Below, in pieces: positions 41,193 through 54,227 of a stretch of DNA of 64,000 nt; the first letter of the stretch is position 1, and the number at the start of each line of letters is the position of its first letter. Made by a program: the position numbers and the translations under genes. Source of the DNA: Eledone cirrhosa (lineage: Eukaryota); the NCBI GenBank assembly GCA_964016885.1, contig CAXHJY010001027.1, forward strand, positions 1 to 64,000, in the 5' to 3' direction. The notes under the pieces are model-generated. The model was not told the DNA's origin and did not search any database. It saw only the letters and a list, made by a program, of their open reading frames with translations.

Positions 41193-41562
41193 ATGTATAT
41201 ATATGTGTGTGTGTGTGTGTATGTATATATATATATGTGTGTGTGTGTATATGTGTGTGTGTATGTATATGTATGTGTATATATGTGTGTATATGTGTAT
41301 GTATGTGTATATATATATATATATATATGTATGTGTATGTATATATATGTGTGTGTGTGTGTATGTATATATATGTGTGTGTGTGTATGTATATATGTGT
41401 GTGTGTGTATGTATATATGTATGTGTGTATGTATATATATATGTGTTAGCTTATATGTATATATATGAATGTATATCTATATATATATATGTGTATGTAT
41501 GTTATATATGTGTGTGTTAGCTCTTATGTATATATGTGTGTTAGCTTATATGTATATACATA

Positions 41563-41663
41563 CAGGGTGTCCCCAAAAAATGTTTACGCACTTCAACAGC
41601 ATTCTAACAAATATTGCCTGTACAGGTAATCAAATTGTGTATACATTTTTTGGAACACACCAT
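41563..41663. mobile_element. Tc1/mariner-type MITE (longer internal variant)
   Basis: TA-CAGGGTGTCCCCAAAAAATG ... CATTTTTTGGAACACACCA-TA. Confidence 0.75.
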
Positions 41664-41917
41664 ATATATATATACACACGTATATATGTGTGTATGTATA
41701 TATCTATATATATCTATATATATATATATATATACACCCACACATATATTACACACTGTTTAATATTTCATTCAGCCATACTTTTTATATTTGCATAGTT
41801 TTCATCAGTTTTCTTTCATCTTAATTTCCGTTCCTAGTTGGACGGTATAGATATAGATATATAGATATAATATATAGACATATATATATAGATATATATA
41901 GACATATATATAGTTAT

Positions 41918-42213
41918 GTCATCATCATCATCGTTTTTACATTTGTTTTTCCACGCTTGCATGGGTTGGACGGGTCCTTCTCAGCACAACATCTTTTTCC
42001 ACTTGTCGAGTTCCTTCGTCATCTCCTCTGGGAATCTCAGTGATTTGAGGTCAGTTCTCACAACCTCTGCCAAGGTCTTTCTTGGTCTATCTCAACTGTG
42101 GCTTCCTTCCACTGGCATTTCCTGGCACTTCTTGACCAATCGATCATTGTCCAAGCACATCACATGTCCATACCAACGCAGTATTCTCTCCTACACACCA
42201 CCTTGGATTCCTC
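41918..42213 (-). mobile_element. Degenerate RTE-clade LINE 3' end
   Basis: Minus strand reads ...RWYGHVM...LVKKCQEMPVEG...RPRKT.AEVVRTDL with a (GAT)n tail. Homologous to 53871-54088. Confidence 0.85.
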
Positions 42214-42217
42214 TTAA

Positions 42218-42438
42218 CCCTTTACTATTTACATTACTCTATATATACTATTGTATTTTCATGGTAAAGGCTTTATCTTACATAATTATCTCACATGATA
42301 TTGAATCTATGAGATTTTGATATTATTTATGTTAAGAACAATACCTTAATATCAGTATGAGTGGTTAGTTACAGCCGGTTTGAACAGAAAGAGGTGAGTT
42401 AATTCTGGCTGGATACAGCCCGTTTAAATGCTAAAGGG
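42218..42438. mobile_element. piggyBac-type MITE, 221 bp, TTAA target duplication
   Basis: TTAA-CCCTTTACTATTTA ... TAAATGCTAAAGGG-TTAA. Second full copy at 45793-46021; end fragment near 4181-4245. Confidence 0.85.
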
Positions 42439-45312
42439 TTAAACCCAGTTTCTTCTTCAGTTCGTCCAAGCTCTGCCTTTCACTCACACTTACTTTGCTT
42501 TTCATCGTTACAGGGTCAATAAAATAAAGTACCAGTAATGTACTGGGGTTGATTTAATCAACATTCGCCACCCCTTCAAATTGCTGGCTTTGTGCCTAAA
42601 TCAGAAACCATTATTAGTGTAAACATGGGGCTTTCTGTATTGCATGACCTATTGAAATAAAATATATATCATGTTGAAATACATGTTTGTCTGGCTGGAA
42701 AAGTTGGACTTCTGCTATGATGATGATGATGATGATGATGATAGTGGTGGTGCTTGTGATGGTGGTAGTTGTGGTTGTGATGGTGGTGTTGGTGATGGTG
42801 ATGGTGCTTGTGATTGTGGTTGTGAAGGTGGTGGTGGTGCTTGTGATGGTGGTGGTGGTGATGATGGTGATGGTGATGAAGGTGGTGGTGGTGGTGGTGG
42901 TGGTGATGAAAAAAGACTGCGTGAGCTCTTCTTAATGGAGATCACATAAAGTCATGTTCTACAAACACGACAGACAGGACTCATGGGAAGAGTTCACAAT
43001 TTGTAATCCATATGAACACTTTAATCTCTCTCTCTCTCTCTCCCTCTCTCTCTCTCATATGCACACACACACACATACACACACTTATACCAACTTATAC
43101 CCACACACTCACACACACATACACACACTTATACCAACTTATACCCACACACTCACACACACATACACACACGTATACCAACTTATACCCACACACTCAC
43201 ACACACATACACACACTTATACCAACTTATACCCACACACTCACACACACACATACACACACTTATACCAACTTATAGCCACACACTCACACACACACAT
43301 ACACACACTTATACCAACTTATACCCACACACATATACACACACTTATACCAACTCATACACACACCTACACAGCTTATTGAAATCCATTCTCATTGCAC
43401 TTTATGCACATCAAAGTCCAGCATGTGTGTGTGTGTGTGTATGTGTGTGAGACAATATATGTTTGTGTACATGTGTGTCTGTGTATGTAATATGAGTGTG
43501 TGTGTGTGTGTGAGACAGCATATGTCTGCGTACATGTGTCTCTGTATGTAATATATAATATGAGTGTGTGTATGTGCATAAATATATATCTATATATATA
43601 TATATATATGTGTGTGTGTATGTGAATGTATGAATGTATATGTATGTGTGTCTATATCATAATTTTTTTGGCTTCGTAACTTAAAATGATGATGATGATT
43701 GTGATGATATATATATATATACATATATACACATATATAAGTATGTGTGTCTGTGTGTGTGTATATATATATATGTGTGTGTGTGTGCTGTATGTGTGTT
43801 GGTTTTATTTCCTATGATCTCCCTCCCTCTCTCTCTCACCACCTCCCTCCCCCTCTACCCCTCCCCTCCTACCCACCTCACCTCTCTACCCCCCCTTCTC
43901 TTTGATCTCTGTCAATTCATTCATTAAACTCACCCAAACACCACACCACCACTCCACCACTCCACTACTCCACCACACCACCACACCACCACACCACCAC
44001 ACCACTACACTACTATACCACCACACCACTACACTACTATACCACCACACCACCACACCACTACACCACTACTCCACCACTCCACCACTCCACCACACCA
44101 CCACACCACCACACTACTACACTACTATACCACCACACCACTACACCACTACTCCACCACTACACCACACCACTACTCCACCACCACACCTCTACTCCAC
44201 CACACCACTACACCACCACACCACTACACCACCACACCACTACACCACCACACCACCACACCACCACACCACTACACCACTACACCACCACTCCACTACT
44301 CCACCACACCACTATACCACTACACCACTACTCCACCACACCACTACATCACCACTCCACTCCACCACTCCACCACACCACCACTACACTACTACTCCAC
44401 CACACCACTACACCACTACTCCACCACACCACTACTCCACCACACCACTACACCACCACTCCACTCCACTCCACCACAACAATATATTACTCTAGCCAAC
44501 AAGTGTAGCTCTACCAATAACACAGTAATCTCCCATGCCACAGTTTCACAGTCTATCCACCAGGGAACACATCACATGTTTTACTCTTTAATTAAAAGAA
44601 GTTTCAAATTCTGTTTATTATTATATATACAAGTTTAAAGGTTTTGATGTGCATGTGTATGTGTGTATATATATATTTATATATATAGATAGATAGGTGT
44701 GCATGTATATATGTGTGTGTGTGTGTGTGCATGCATAGTTTTACAAATATATACACACATTTATATAAATAAATGTACATGTATATATATGTATATTCAT
44801 ATATATGTATATACATATATATATGTGTGTGTGTTTGATTGCATATATATATATATGTGTGTGTGTTTGATTGCATATATATATATATATACACAAACAT
44901 TCACACACAGAGATATATATGCAAAGACACACATATATATATATAATATATATGATATATATATTATATATATATACATAAGTATATATATATCATCATC
45001 AACATTTTATGTTCGTGGGTTATATATATATACACGCATGTGGATGTATATAATACACTCCATTCACAAAGAAAGAAAGACTCCAGTACTTCCATGTCTT
45101 AACCATATCCTTCATTCTTTTGTCTCCCATCTCCTTCCATCTAGAACATTCCAGACCAAACCATGCAGTTACCCATGTTTCTAGTGTGAAAGAAGTTCGC
45201 TAAGGAATTAGATCTTTGACAAAATAGTAATGCCGCTACTTGACATCTGTTGAAGAAATCAACTTATGAATAATTCATAACTCTTTATAAGAAATTCTTC
45301 AAATTTTTACAA

Positions 45313-45374
<62 letters not shown>

Positions 45375-45426
45375 AAAAAGGAAAAAAATATATTTTTCTT
45401 CCTAATAATCGTCTCTTTCCCCCTGT

Positions 45427-45492
<66 letters not shown>

Positions 45493-45792
45493 GTGTGTGT
45501 GTGTGTGTGTATATATATGTATATATGATTGTCACAATAAGAAGAATTGCAATTACAATAGCCAATAATAATTATAACAGGCAGAAAGAAAGGAAGACAG
45601 AAAGACAGAATGGTAAAAGGTTGTATTGAGGCAACATGTGTGAAATATTGTTGAGAATATTTAACGTTAGAAATAAATTTAATACTTTTTACTTTGGAAA
45701 ATATATAAACTCTTAGATTTCTGTCTGGTTCTGTCCTAGAATCTCATTATTGTCCTTATTGACTTCATTCTTAACATTCTGTAAGGATTTAA

Positions 45793-46021
45793 CCCTTTAG
45801 TATTTACATTACTCTATATATACTATTGTATTTTCATGGTAAAGGCTTTACCTCACATAATATCTCACATAATATCTCACATAATATCGAATCTTTGGAT
45901 TTTGATATTATTTATTTTAAGAACAATACCTTAACATCAGTATGAGTGGCCAGTTACAGCTAGTTTGAACTAAAAGAGATGACAATTCAAGCCAGATATG
46001 GCTGGTTTATATGCTAAAAGG
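45793..46021. mobile_element. piggyBac-type MITE, TTAA-flanked
   Basis: TTAA-CCCTTTAGTAT ... ATGCTAAAAGG-TTAA; colinear with 42218-42438. Confidence 0.85.
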
Positions 46022-46151
46022 TTAATGTGGTGCAGTCAATTTGCTCTTTTGAACTTTTCTGAGAGTACCGTTACTCAAAAGGGGAACCCTATATATATAT
46101 ATATATATATATAGGGTCAGACAGACTTGGAGTCTGGTCTGGGGTGCCACA

Positions 46152-46237
46152 CTGGTCTGAGGATCAGGCAGACTTGGAGTCTGGTCTGGAATGATCCCAG
46201 ATCATGAGCCGGCTGCTTGAGAAACATTTGTAACCGG
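46152..46237 (+). ncRNA. Intact-looking type I hammerhead with very long stem II, inside a TA-flanked element (46113-46290)
   Basis: CTGGT-CTGAGGA-TCAGGCAG...GTCTGG..CCAGAT...CTGCTTGA-GAA-AC(attt)GT-A-ACCGG, then AATAAA. Confidence 0.75.
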
Positions 46238-46361
46238 GTTGAGCAATAAATCTCCTATGTAACACCTCCATTTTGTTCTTATATATATATAATAAAAAAT
46301 CACCAAGGTTTCATTCTACTACAAAGAGTGTAGCATTTAATACCATACCATATATATCTAT

Positions 46362-46535
46362 CTAGGGTGGGTAAAATTGCCGAGATCCATGGACAAGTTC
46401 TCTCCAGCGGTCTCTGTCCCTCATTATTGCTGCCATGTCCTGCATCTTCAAGAGACCAGTGTCCGTCCTTAGGGCATCAACATATGTCAACCTCGGTCTT
46501 CCTCTTCCAGTGTGTCCATGTAGGGGCTCCCACAG
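46362..46535 (-). mobile_element. LINE (RTE-like) 3'-end fragment
   Basis: WEPLHGHTGRGRPRLTYVDALRTDTG...DRDRWRELV: GRP and DR..W motifs typical of RTE-group ORF2 C-termini. Confidence 0.85.
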
Positions 46536-47843
46536 AGTATTACAATTTATGTAATACGTCAATTATAGAAGTCGAGACAGTGTAGAGAACCTTACCAATA
46601 ATAAACCAAGGAGGTAGTACTCTAACACCTGATATGTGAGGAAGTTGTTAAGCTCCGGAGATTTTTCTTGATCCTCTGTTCAGCCTATTATAAATCTATA
46701 TATTAACTACACCCACACCACCACCACCACCTACTCGTGTATCTATGTGTGATGTGTCTATTCCAGGTGACAGCTGTTTTAAAGTTATAAAAGATAAGCT
46801 GTGAATTATTTAACCCTTTCATGACCATATTTCTAATGAGATACTCTCTATATTAATTAATTAATGAAGAATTTTGAAGGATTTCCTAAAATTATTATTT
46901 CATTACTAAGATAGTAACTTAATAAGACAGGCATCCAGCTGTAGAAAACCTGCCAAAAATAGGTTTGGGGCCATGTTTGAATCTGGTCTCTCCATCTACG
47001 ATGTGTGGGCGTCCTTCAGGTATCAAACCCTAACGATATATTTTAGCTAGACTAGAAGCTTTTTTTTCTAATGTTTTGTTGCCACAATAAAATGCACCCA
47101 GTACCCAGTACACTCTATAGAGGGGTTGGTGATAGGAAGGGTCTACAGCTGTAGAAAACCTGCCAGAGAAAGGGTCGAAAGGACTCTTTCATTGTATCAA
47201 AGACAGCACAACATTTGTCGTGCTGGTGCTAAAATAAAATGCACCCAGTACACTCTGTATAGTGTGAGAACATATGTAAGTGAGATACAGATCTCCGAAC
47301 CATCTGAGAAGTCGGTAACTCCGATTAAATACTGACTTGGTCTCTAGTGACGAAGAGGGGGGGGGGGCGTTAACCAATAACAATGATGGTGGTAGTGGTG
47401 ATGATTGCAATGATGATGATGATGGTGGTGGTGATGTTTGTGATGATCGTGATGATGGTAATGATGATGATGATTGTAATGTTGATGGTGGTGATGTTTG
47501 TGATGATGATGATAATGGTCGTGGTGATGATAAGGATGATGATGATGGTGAAGGTGATGATAATGATGTTGATAATGATGGTGATGATGATGTTGATAAT
47601 GATAGTGATGGTGATGGTGATGATAATGATGGTGATGGTGATAATGATGGTGCAGGTAATGATGGTGATGATGATGATGATAATGAAGGTGAAGGTGATG
47701 ATGATGATAATGATAATGATGATGATGTTGATGGTGATGGTGATGGTGAAGGTCTATCTTCAATGATTAAAATATTTTCTAAGGTTTGTCTTGGAGAAAT
47801 ATTTGGTAATCTTCTAATAGAAGTTGACAGTGTTCAGTGGAAC

Positions 47844-48150
47844 CTAGCATCTGTATCTCACCAGATGTAGTTACTAGCATCTGTATCTCACCAGATGTAG
47901 TTACTAGCATCTGTATCTCACCAGATGTAGTTACTAGCATCTGTATCTCACCAGATGTAGTTACTAGCATCTGTATCTCACCAGATGTAGTTACTAGCAT
48001 CTGTATCTCACCAGATGTAGTTACTAGCATCTGTATCTCACCAGATGTAGTTACTAGCATCTGTATCTCACCAGATGTAGTTACTAGCATCTGTATCTCA
48101 CCAGATGTAGTTACTAGCATCTGTATCTCACCAGATGTAGTTACTAGCAT
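47844..48150. repeat. Ten identical 30-bp tandem units
   Basis: ctagcatctgtatctcaccagatgtagtta x10, no mismatches seen. Confidence 0.98.
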
Positions 48151-48249
48151 TGTCTCAGTGTGTATGTCTATATATATATTTATATATGTGTATGTGTATA
48201 TATATGTACGTATATGTGTGAGTGTGTGTATATATGCACATATATATAC

Positions 48250-48280
<31 letters not shown>

Positions 48281-48352
48281 ATTGGTGTGGGATGCTTAAA
48301 GTGTCCATATGCGGTAGGCCGTATGAGCACTCAATGCCCTCGTAGGGAAGAG

Positions 48353-48616
48353 TATATCACAGAAAAAAGAGAATCAATGTTGCGATGAAAGGAATTTATT
48401 GGACATGTTACAAATGTTTCTTGGGTGACCAGCTCGAGGCACGATCGATGGGGTGATCACCACATCGATCGTGCCTCGAGCTGGTCACCACATCGATCGT
48501 GTCTCGAGCTGGTCACCACATCGATCGTGTCTCGAGCTGGTCACCCAAGAAACATTTGTAATATGTCCAATAAATTCCTTTCATCGCAACATTGATTCTC
48601 TTTTTTCTGTGATATA
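48353..48616. mobile_element. Fold-back element with about 100-bp arms and three internal 28-bp tandem units; HHR 3' half in each arm
   Basis: Arms are near-perfect reverse complements. GAAACATTTGTA at 48549-48560 matches the stem III/cleavage site of the HHR at 46221-46232. Confidence 0.75.
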
Positions 48617-49984
48617 TATATATATATATTTATATATAGTGCCTTCATTTCATATTATATATCCCATATTTTTTGTCTTTATTTCATATTATATTTCTTA
48701 TATATATATATTTTCTTATATTTGACTTTTTCCTTCTTCCCGTATCAGACTGTCAACTAAAAGCACAATAAGTCTCTCACATTTCCTTCACATTTTGTTG
48801 TTGTTGTTGTTGGTGGTGGTGCTGGTGTTGGTGGTGCTGTTGTTGTTGTTTTACATCATCCATATTGTTATCGTTTTGTCGTCATTATCGTTATTATTAT
48901 TGTTATTTTTATTATTATTATCGTCATTATTAAAGATAAAATATTAATTAAAAAAATATTATTTATTATCATCATTATTTTACGTAGAGGGTCGGACACC
49001 ATGCTTTGACGCATGGAGTTACAGCCCTTGCCATTCTATGTTCAAATCCCACCGAGGTTAACTTTGCCTTTCATCCTTACGGGGTCGATAAAATAAAGTA
49101 CCAGTAATGCACTGGGTAATTGCTGGCCTTGTGCCAAAAGTAGAAACAATTATTTTACGTGTGTGTGTATGTATGTGGGTATGTGTATATTTATGTGTGT
49201 GTGCATGTGTGTATGTGTCTGTATGTATATGTATGTGTGTGTATGTGTGTATATTTATGTGTGTATGTATATTTTTCATTTTCAATTTTCTTCTCAAATA
49301 TTTATGGTGTAGATATTAAAATAGTCTCTCTCTCTCTCTCTCTCTCGCTCTCTCTCACTCTCTCTCTCTCTCCCACTCTCTCTCTCTCCCACTCTCTCTC
49401 TCTCTCGCTCTCTCTCTCTCTCACTCTGTTTATCTCCTCTCTCTGTCATCTTAAGCACTACACACACACACACACTCACCACACAGCTGACACATATGAC
49501 ACACACTCCACACACTGTCACCACACACACACTACATCACACCACTCCACATACTCACACACCACACCACATCATACACCACTCCACACAAAACACACCA
49601 CACCACACACTACACCACACACTGTCACCACACACACTCCACACAAAACACACCACACACTCACACACCACACCACACGCTCACACACCACACCACACAC
49701 TCCAACCACACACCACACCACACACTCAAACATATGATACACTCAGAAATTAATATCAAACAAACATGATTTAAAAGAATGTTTACTTTATATACCTCGT
49801 TAAATACCTTTTGGATTAATTGATTATTTTATTTAATTTCATTATTCGTTTATTTATTTGTTTTTAATTGATATGTATTGATTTCAGTCATTAGACTGTG
49901 GCCAAGCTACAGCACAACCACCATCAAATGTTTTAGTTAATCATATCACCCACAAGTACTTATCTTAATCAAGCACTTATTTCA

Positions 49985-50180
49985 TATAATAATAATAATG
50001 AAACTATTGTGTACAGTGCTCAGGTGCACTACAACTCATCAAAGGTGCATGTATAGTACATAGGATAATGTACAAATGTCAGGAAAGTGAACAGTGTATG
50101 AGTCATGATATACATGTGTGTGTATGGAGGGGGAATATTAGGTGTAGTGTTGGTGAATCTCAGGAAGCATGGAGGTTTTA
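49985..50180 (-). mobile_element. Probable LINE (CR1/L2-like) 3' end with (ATT)n tail
   Basis: Short terminal frame KTSMLPEIHQHYT*, then UTR-like sequence ending in (ATT)n. Family assignment is a guess. Confidence 0.4.
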
Positions 50181-51771
50181 TATATATGTATATGACTCCC
50201 AGGGAGTTGTAGGGGGGCTGTATTGACATTAGGTGTTTGTAGGGTATTTTAAAACCTGGTGGAGCCCATCTCCTCTCTCTCCAGGTCTGAATACAGCAGA
50301 TTTCTCCCAGAGAAGGATATATATATATATAATTATTATTATCGAGGTTAACTTTGCCTTTCATCCTTACGGGGTCGATAAAATAAAGTACCAGTAATGT
50401 ACTGGGTAATTGCTGGCCTTGTGCCAAAAGTAGAAACAATTATATATGTATGTATGGTTCCGTAACTCGTGGGGGAGTCATAGGTGCACAGTATTGACAT
50501 ACGGAGTTTCTAGGGTATTGATAAACCTGACGGAGTCCATCTCCCCTCCTGGCTTAAATACAGCGAATTTCTTCTAGAGGAGGATAGAGAGAGTGTGTGA
50601 GAGAGAGATATAGAGGAAGACCCCAGTATTAAACTGGTACTTTTTTTATATACCTTGAATGGATGAAAGATAAAGTTGACCTCGGTGGGATTTGAACTCA
50701 GAGAATTGGAACAAATTCTGTCTGACGTTTTAATGACTCTGACAATTCACTGTCTTATTTCATCTAAGAATCTTTGTTAAGTTATGTTCCAAACACCAGC
50801 TCAGTAATGAGCAGATACCCCAACCACCACCTCCCTATCTTCCGGTGGGGGGTTCTGTTCATGAAATGGCATATCAATAATTAGTCATGCATGACTGGTC
50901 AATCCATTATGTAAGTGGTAGTATGTTAGTAAGTATAGTATATAACATATATATATGTACATATGTATGTATATATATATACATATATATACATATATAT
51001 ATATGTTATTGATTTCATCAAAGTAATCAGCTAAATCACTCAACCAGTGAACCAATCAGACAGACAGCCAGGCAAGCAGACAGATAGGCAGTCAGCTGCA
51101 ACTGACAAAGGCAAATGGTACAAACCATGTCTCTTTGCCATGTGGCTGGAACATAAGCCACTTAGCACTAACGTCGTCTCTCCACACACACACCCCCTCC
51201 ACTGCTACCCCACCCCCTGCACCACCACCACCACCACAACCACCAGCTACTACAACAGCAACTACTACAATTACTACTACTTGCAACTGTAGTTGCTGTT
51301 AAAAGGTGGGGGAAAAAAAATGAAACCAAAAAAAGCACACACACGCACTCACACAAATACACACAAACACACACTCACACACAAATACACACATATACAC
51401 ACACACTCACACAAATACACACAAACACACACACACTCAGACAAATACACACATACACACTCACACAAATACACACATACACACACACACTCAGACAAAT
51501 ACACACATATACACACTCACACAAATACACACATATACACACTCACACAAATACACACATATACACACTCACACAAATACACACATACACACTCACAAAT
51601 ACACACATATACACACACTGACACACACACACACACTGACACAGCAACAACTCCCACAAAGCCATCACCATGTCTGTGCTTATAAAGCTGGAAAATTCTA
51701 TTTTCTGAAAAAGCAATGAAGCATGTCGCTAACTTCTTCACCTTCAATTTAACTCAACTTGTGTGATTGAG

Positions 51772-51808
<37 letters not shown>

Positions 51809-52399
51809 GGAACCTACAACCCCCACCCAGCGCCGCCTACCCCCTGGGGATGGGCCCCACTGTCTCTAGGATGACATGTGTTTTCAGTTTTGATTCTGTG
51901 AATACATTAAACCAAGTAATTCACAGCAGGGCTGGTGAAACGATTTGTGGTTCAGAGCTAAACAGGAAGGGGAATATGGAATATGAAATATGATAGGTAT
52001 TATAGGATGATGATGATGATGATGATGATGGGGTAATGGTGATGATTGTGGTGGTGGTGGTGATTGTGGTGATTGTGGTGGTGGTGGTGATGATTGTTGT
52101 GAGGATGGTGGTGGTGGTGATTGTAATGGTGGTGGTGGTGGTGATGGTGGTGATGGTGGTGATGATTGTTGTGGGGATGGTGGTGGGGGTGATTGTAATG
52201 GTGGTGGTGGTGATGATGGTGATTGTGGTGGTGGTGGTGATGGTGATTGTGATGGTGGTGATTGTGGTGATGGTGGTGATGATAATGTATATATGTACTT
52301 ATGTACTTATGTGTGGATATGTGTGCACATATAAATACAAGGTGTTCCAAAAAAATGTATACACACTGATTACCTGTACGGACAATATTTATTAGGAAA

Positions 52400-52524
52400 G
52401 CTTTCCTGATGATTTCCTTCAAATGAAACAGTTCTAGTCCTGTAGAAGCCATTTCTATATTAAATATTTATACTCTGCTAATGTATTGAGTACCTTACTG
52501 TGATTACCTCTGATTGAACCCACG

Positions 52525-52527
<3 letters not shown>
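52400..52527 (+). mobile_element. HHR-core-bearing element, family H3 (CTGATGA 52406-52412, GAAAC 52425-52429)
   Basis: Homologous to 53018-53145; stem I is not recognisable. Confidence 0.55.
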
Positions 52528-52564
<37 letters not shown>

Positions 52565-52926
52565 ACTGTATGTACACACACATATATATATGTGTTAATA
52601 CTATTGTTTTATTCCAGTAAAACTCTCCATACAAACCCAAGCTATTATTAACTCCACAAAGATTACCTCAATCACACACAGTTATATCTTTTCTGCTTTT
52701 TAATTCTAGTTTTTGTTTGCCTGTTGTTGTAGGTATTACTAGGAGTTGGCACCTGCATTTTGTGACACCTTTAATAAGCCAATGCTTGTTATCGTTAGAA
52801 GTAGTTTCCCATCTTTAGCACTATCATAGCTTACACTGTTGAAACACAACCATATTGGCAGTAGACCAACATTCTAGCAATTGACAGTAGCTTTATTAGG
52901 AGTAGTCTAAAACATCACTGAAAATT

Positions 52927-52958
<32 letters not shown>

Positions 52959-52959
<1 letters not shown>

Positions 52960-53079
52960 AGTTTTAATATAGATGAGATTCTACAGGACTAGAACTGTTT
53001 CATTCTTTAGAAATCATCTGATGATTTCTAAAGAATGAAACAGTTCTAGTCCTGTAGAATCTCATCTATATTAAAACTT
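52959..53079. repeat. Perfect 60-bp-arm palindrome centred in CTGATGA (family H3)
   Basis: 52959-53018 is the exact reverse complement of 53020-53079. Confidence 0.9.
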
Positions 53080-53144
53080 TTATACTCTGCAATGTATTGA
53101 GTACGTTACTTACTGTGGTTACCTCCGATTCAACCCGGAATAAC

Positions 53145-53206
<62 letters not shown>

Positions 53207-53613
53207 AGACATACACATATTTATATATGTGAGTGTGTGTGTTTGGGTGTGTTTATATATATATATTATATATATATATATATATATGTGAGTGTGTGTG
53301 TGTGTGTGCGTAATTTTCAGTGATGTTTTAGACTACTCCTAATGAAGTTGGTGACATCAGATGCGTCTATTTCTACCTGAGGGAGGGAGAGATAATAAGT
53401 GGGGGAGAATACTGAGCCCCAGTATTACACTGGTACTTTATTTATCGACCCCTGTCAGGATGAGATACATAGTTGACCTCAGTGAGATCAGAACCCAGAA
53501 ACCAGTGAGCCTTAACAAATATTGAAGCGTTAAACTAATATATTTCTTCCAGACACTGTGCTGTTTGTTTCTTTATTTTGGTTATTTCTGTTTACCTTTT
53601 ACATATATATACG

Positions 53614-53666
<53 letters not shown>

Positions 53667-53668
<2 letters not shown>

Positions 53669-53825
53669 ATATTTCCCGGTGCCGAAGACGCTCGAGGACA
53701 CACCCTAATTTGGACAACCAAAAGTTGGAAAAAAATTAATAAACAACCGTCACCCTCCGGAACACACGCCAGATTGTTGAGACTTATTTTAGGGGAAAAG
53801 TAGCATCTCCGATGCCAAGAAATAC

Positions 53826-53827
<2 letters not shown>
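53667..53827. mobile_element. pogo/Tc2-type MITE in (TA)n
   Basis: TA-CCATATTTCCCGGTGCCGAAGACGCT ... AGCATCTCCGATGCCAAGAAATACGG-TA imperfect TIRs. Confidence 0.7.
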
Positions 53828-53859
<32 letters not shown>

Positions 53860-53870
53860 AATACACTATA

Positions 53871-54088
53871 TCATCATCATCATCATCATTTTACGTCCGC
53901 TTTTCCCTGCTTGCAAGGGTGGGACGGGTCTTATTCAGCACAGCATCTCTCCACTCGTCACGGTCCTTCGTCATCTCCACCGTGAGCTTCAATGATCTGA
54001 GGTCTGTTCTCACCACCTCCGCCCATGTTTTTCGTGGTCTACCTCTACCACGTCTTCCTTCAACTGGCATTTCCTGGCACTTCTTCAC
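53871..54088 (-). mobile_element. RTE-clade LINE 3' end (intact frame)
   Basis: KKCQEMPVEGRRGRGRPRKTWAEVVRTDL...DRDEWR...REKRT* followed by (TGA)n. Confidence 0.9.
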
Positions 54089-54227
54089 CCATATATATAT
54101 ACATTCATATATATATAGCTATTTCAGAGCACCAATTCTAATTTTCAATTTCTGCTTGACTGGCAACCACTCTGTATAATCAGTTCCTGATTATTTACTA
54201 GAAATCTATAAGAACCAAACATCCATG

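Noticed and set aside
47844-48150. CRISPR-like 30-bp palindromic repeat
   Set aside because: Units are directly adjacent with no spacers, there are no cas genes, and the context is eukaryotic.
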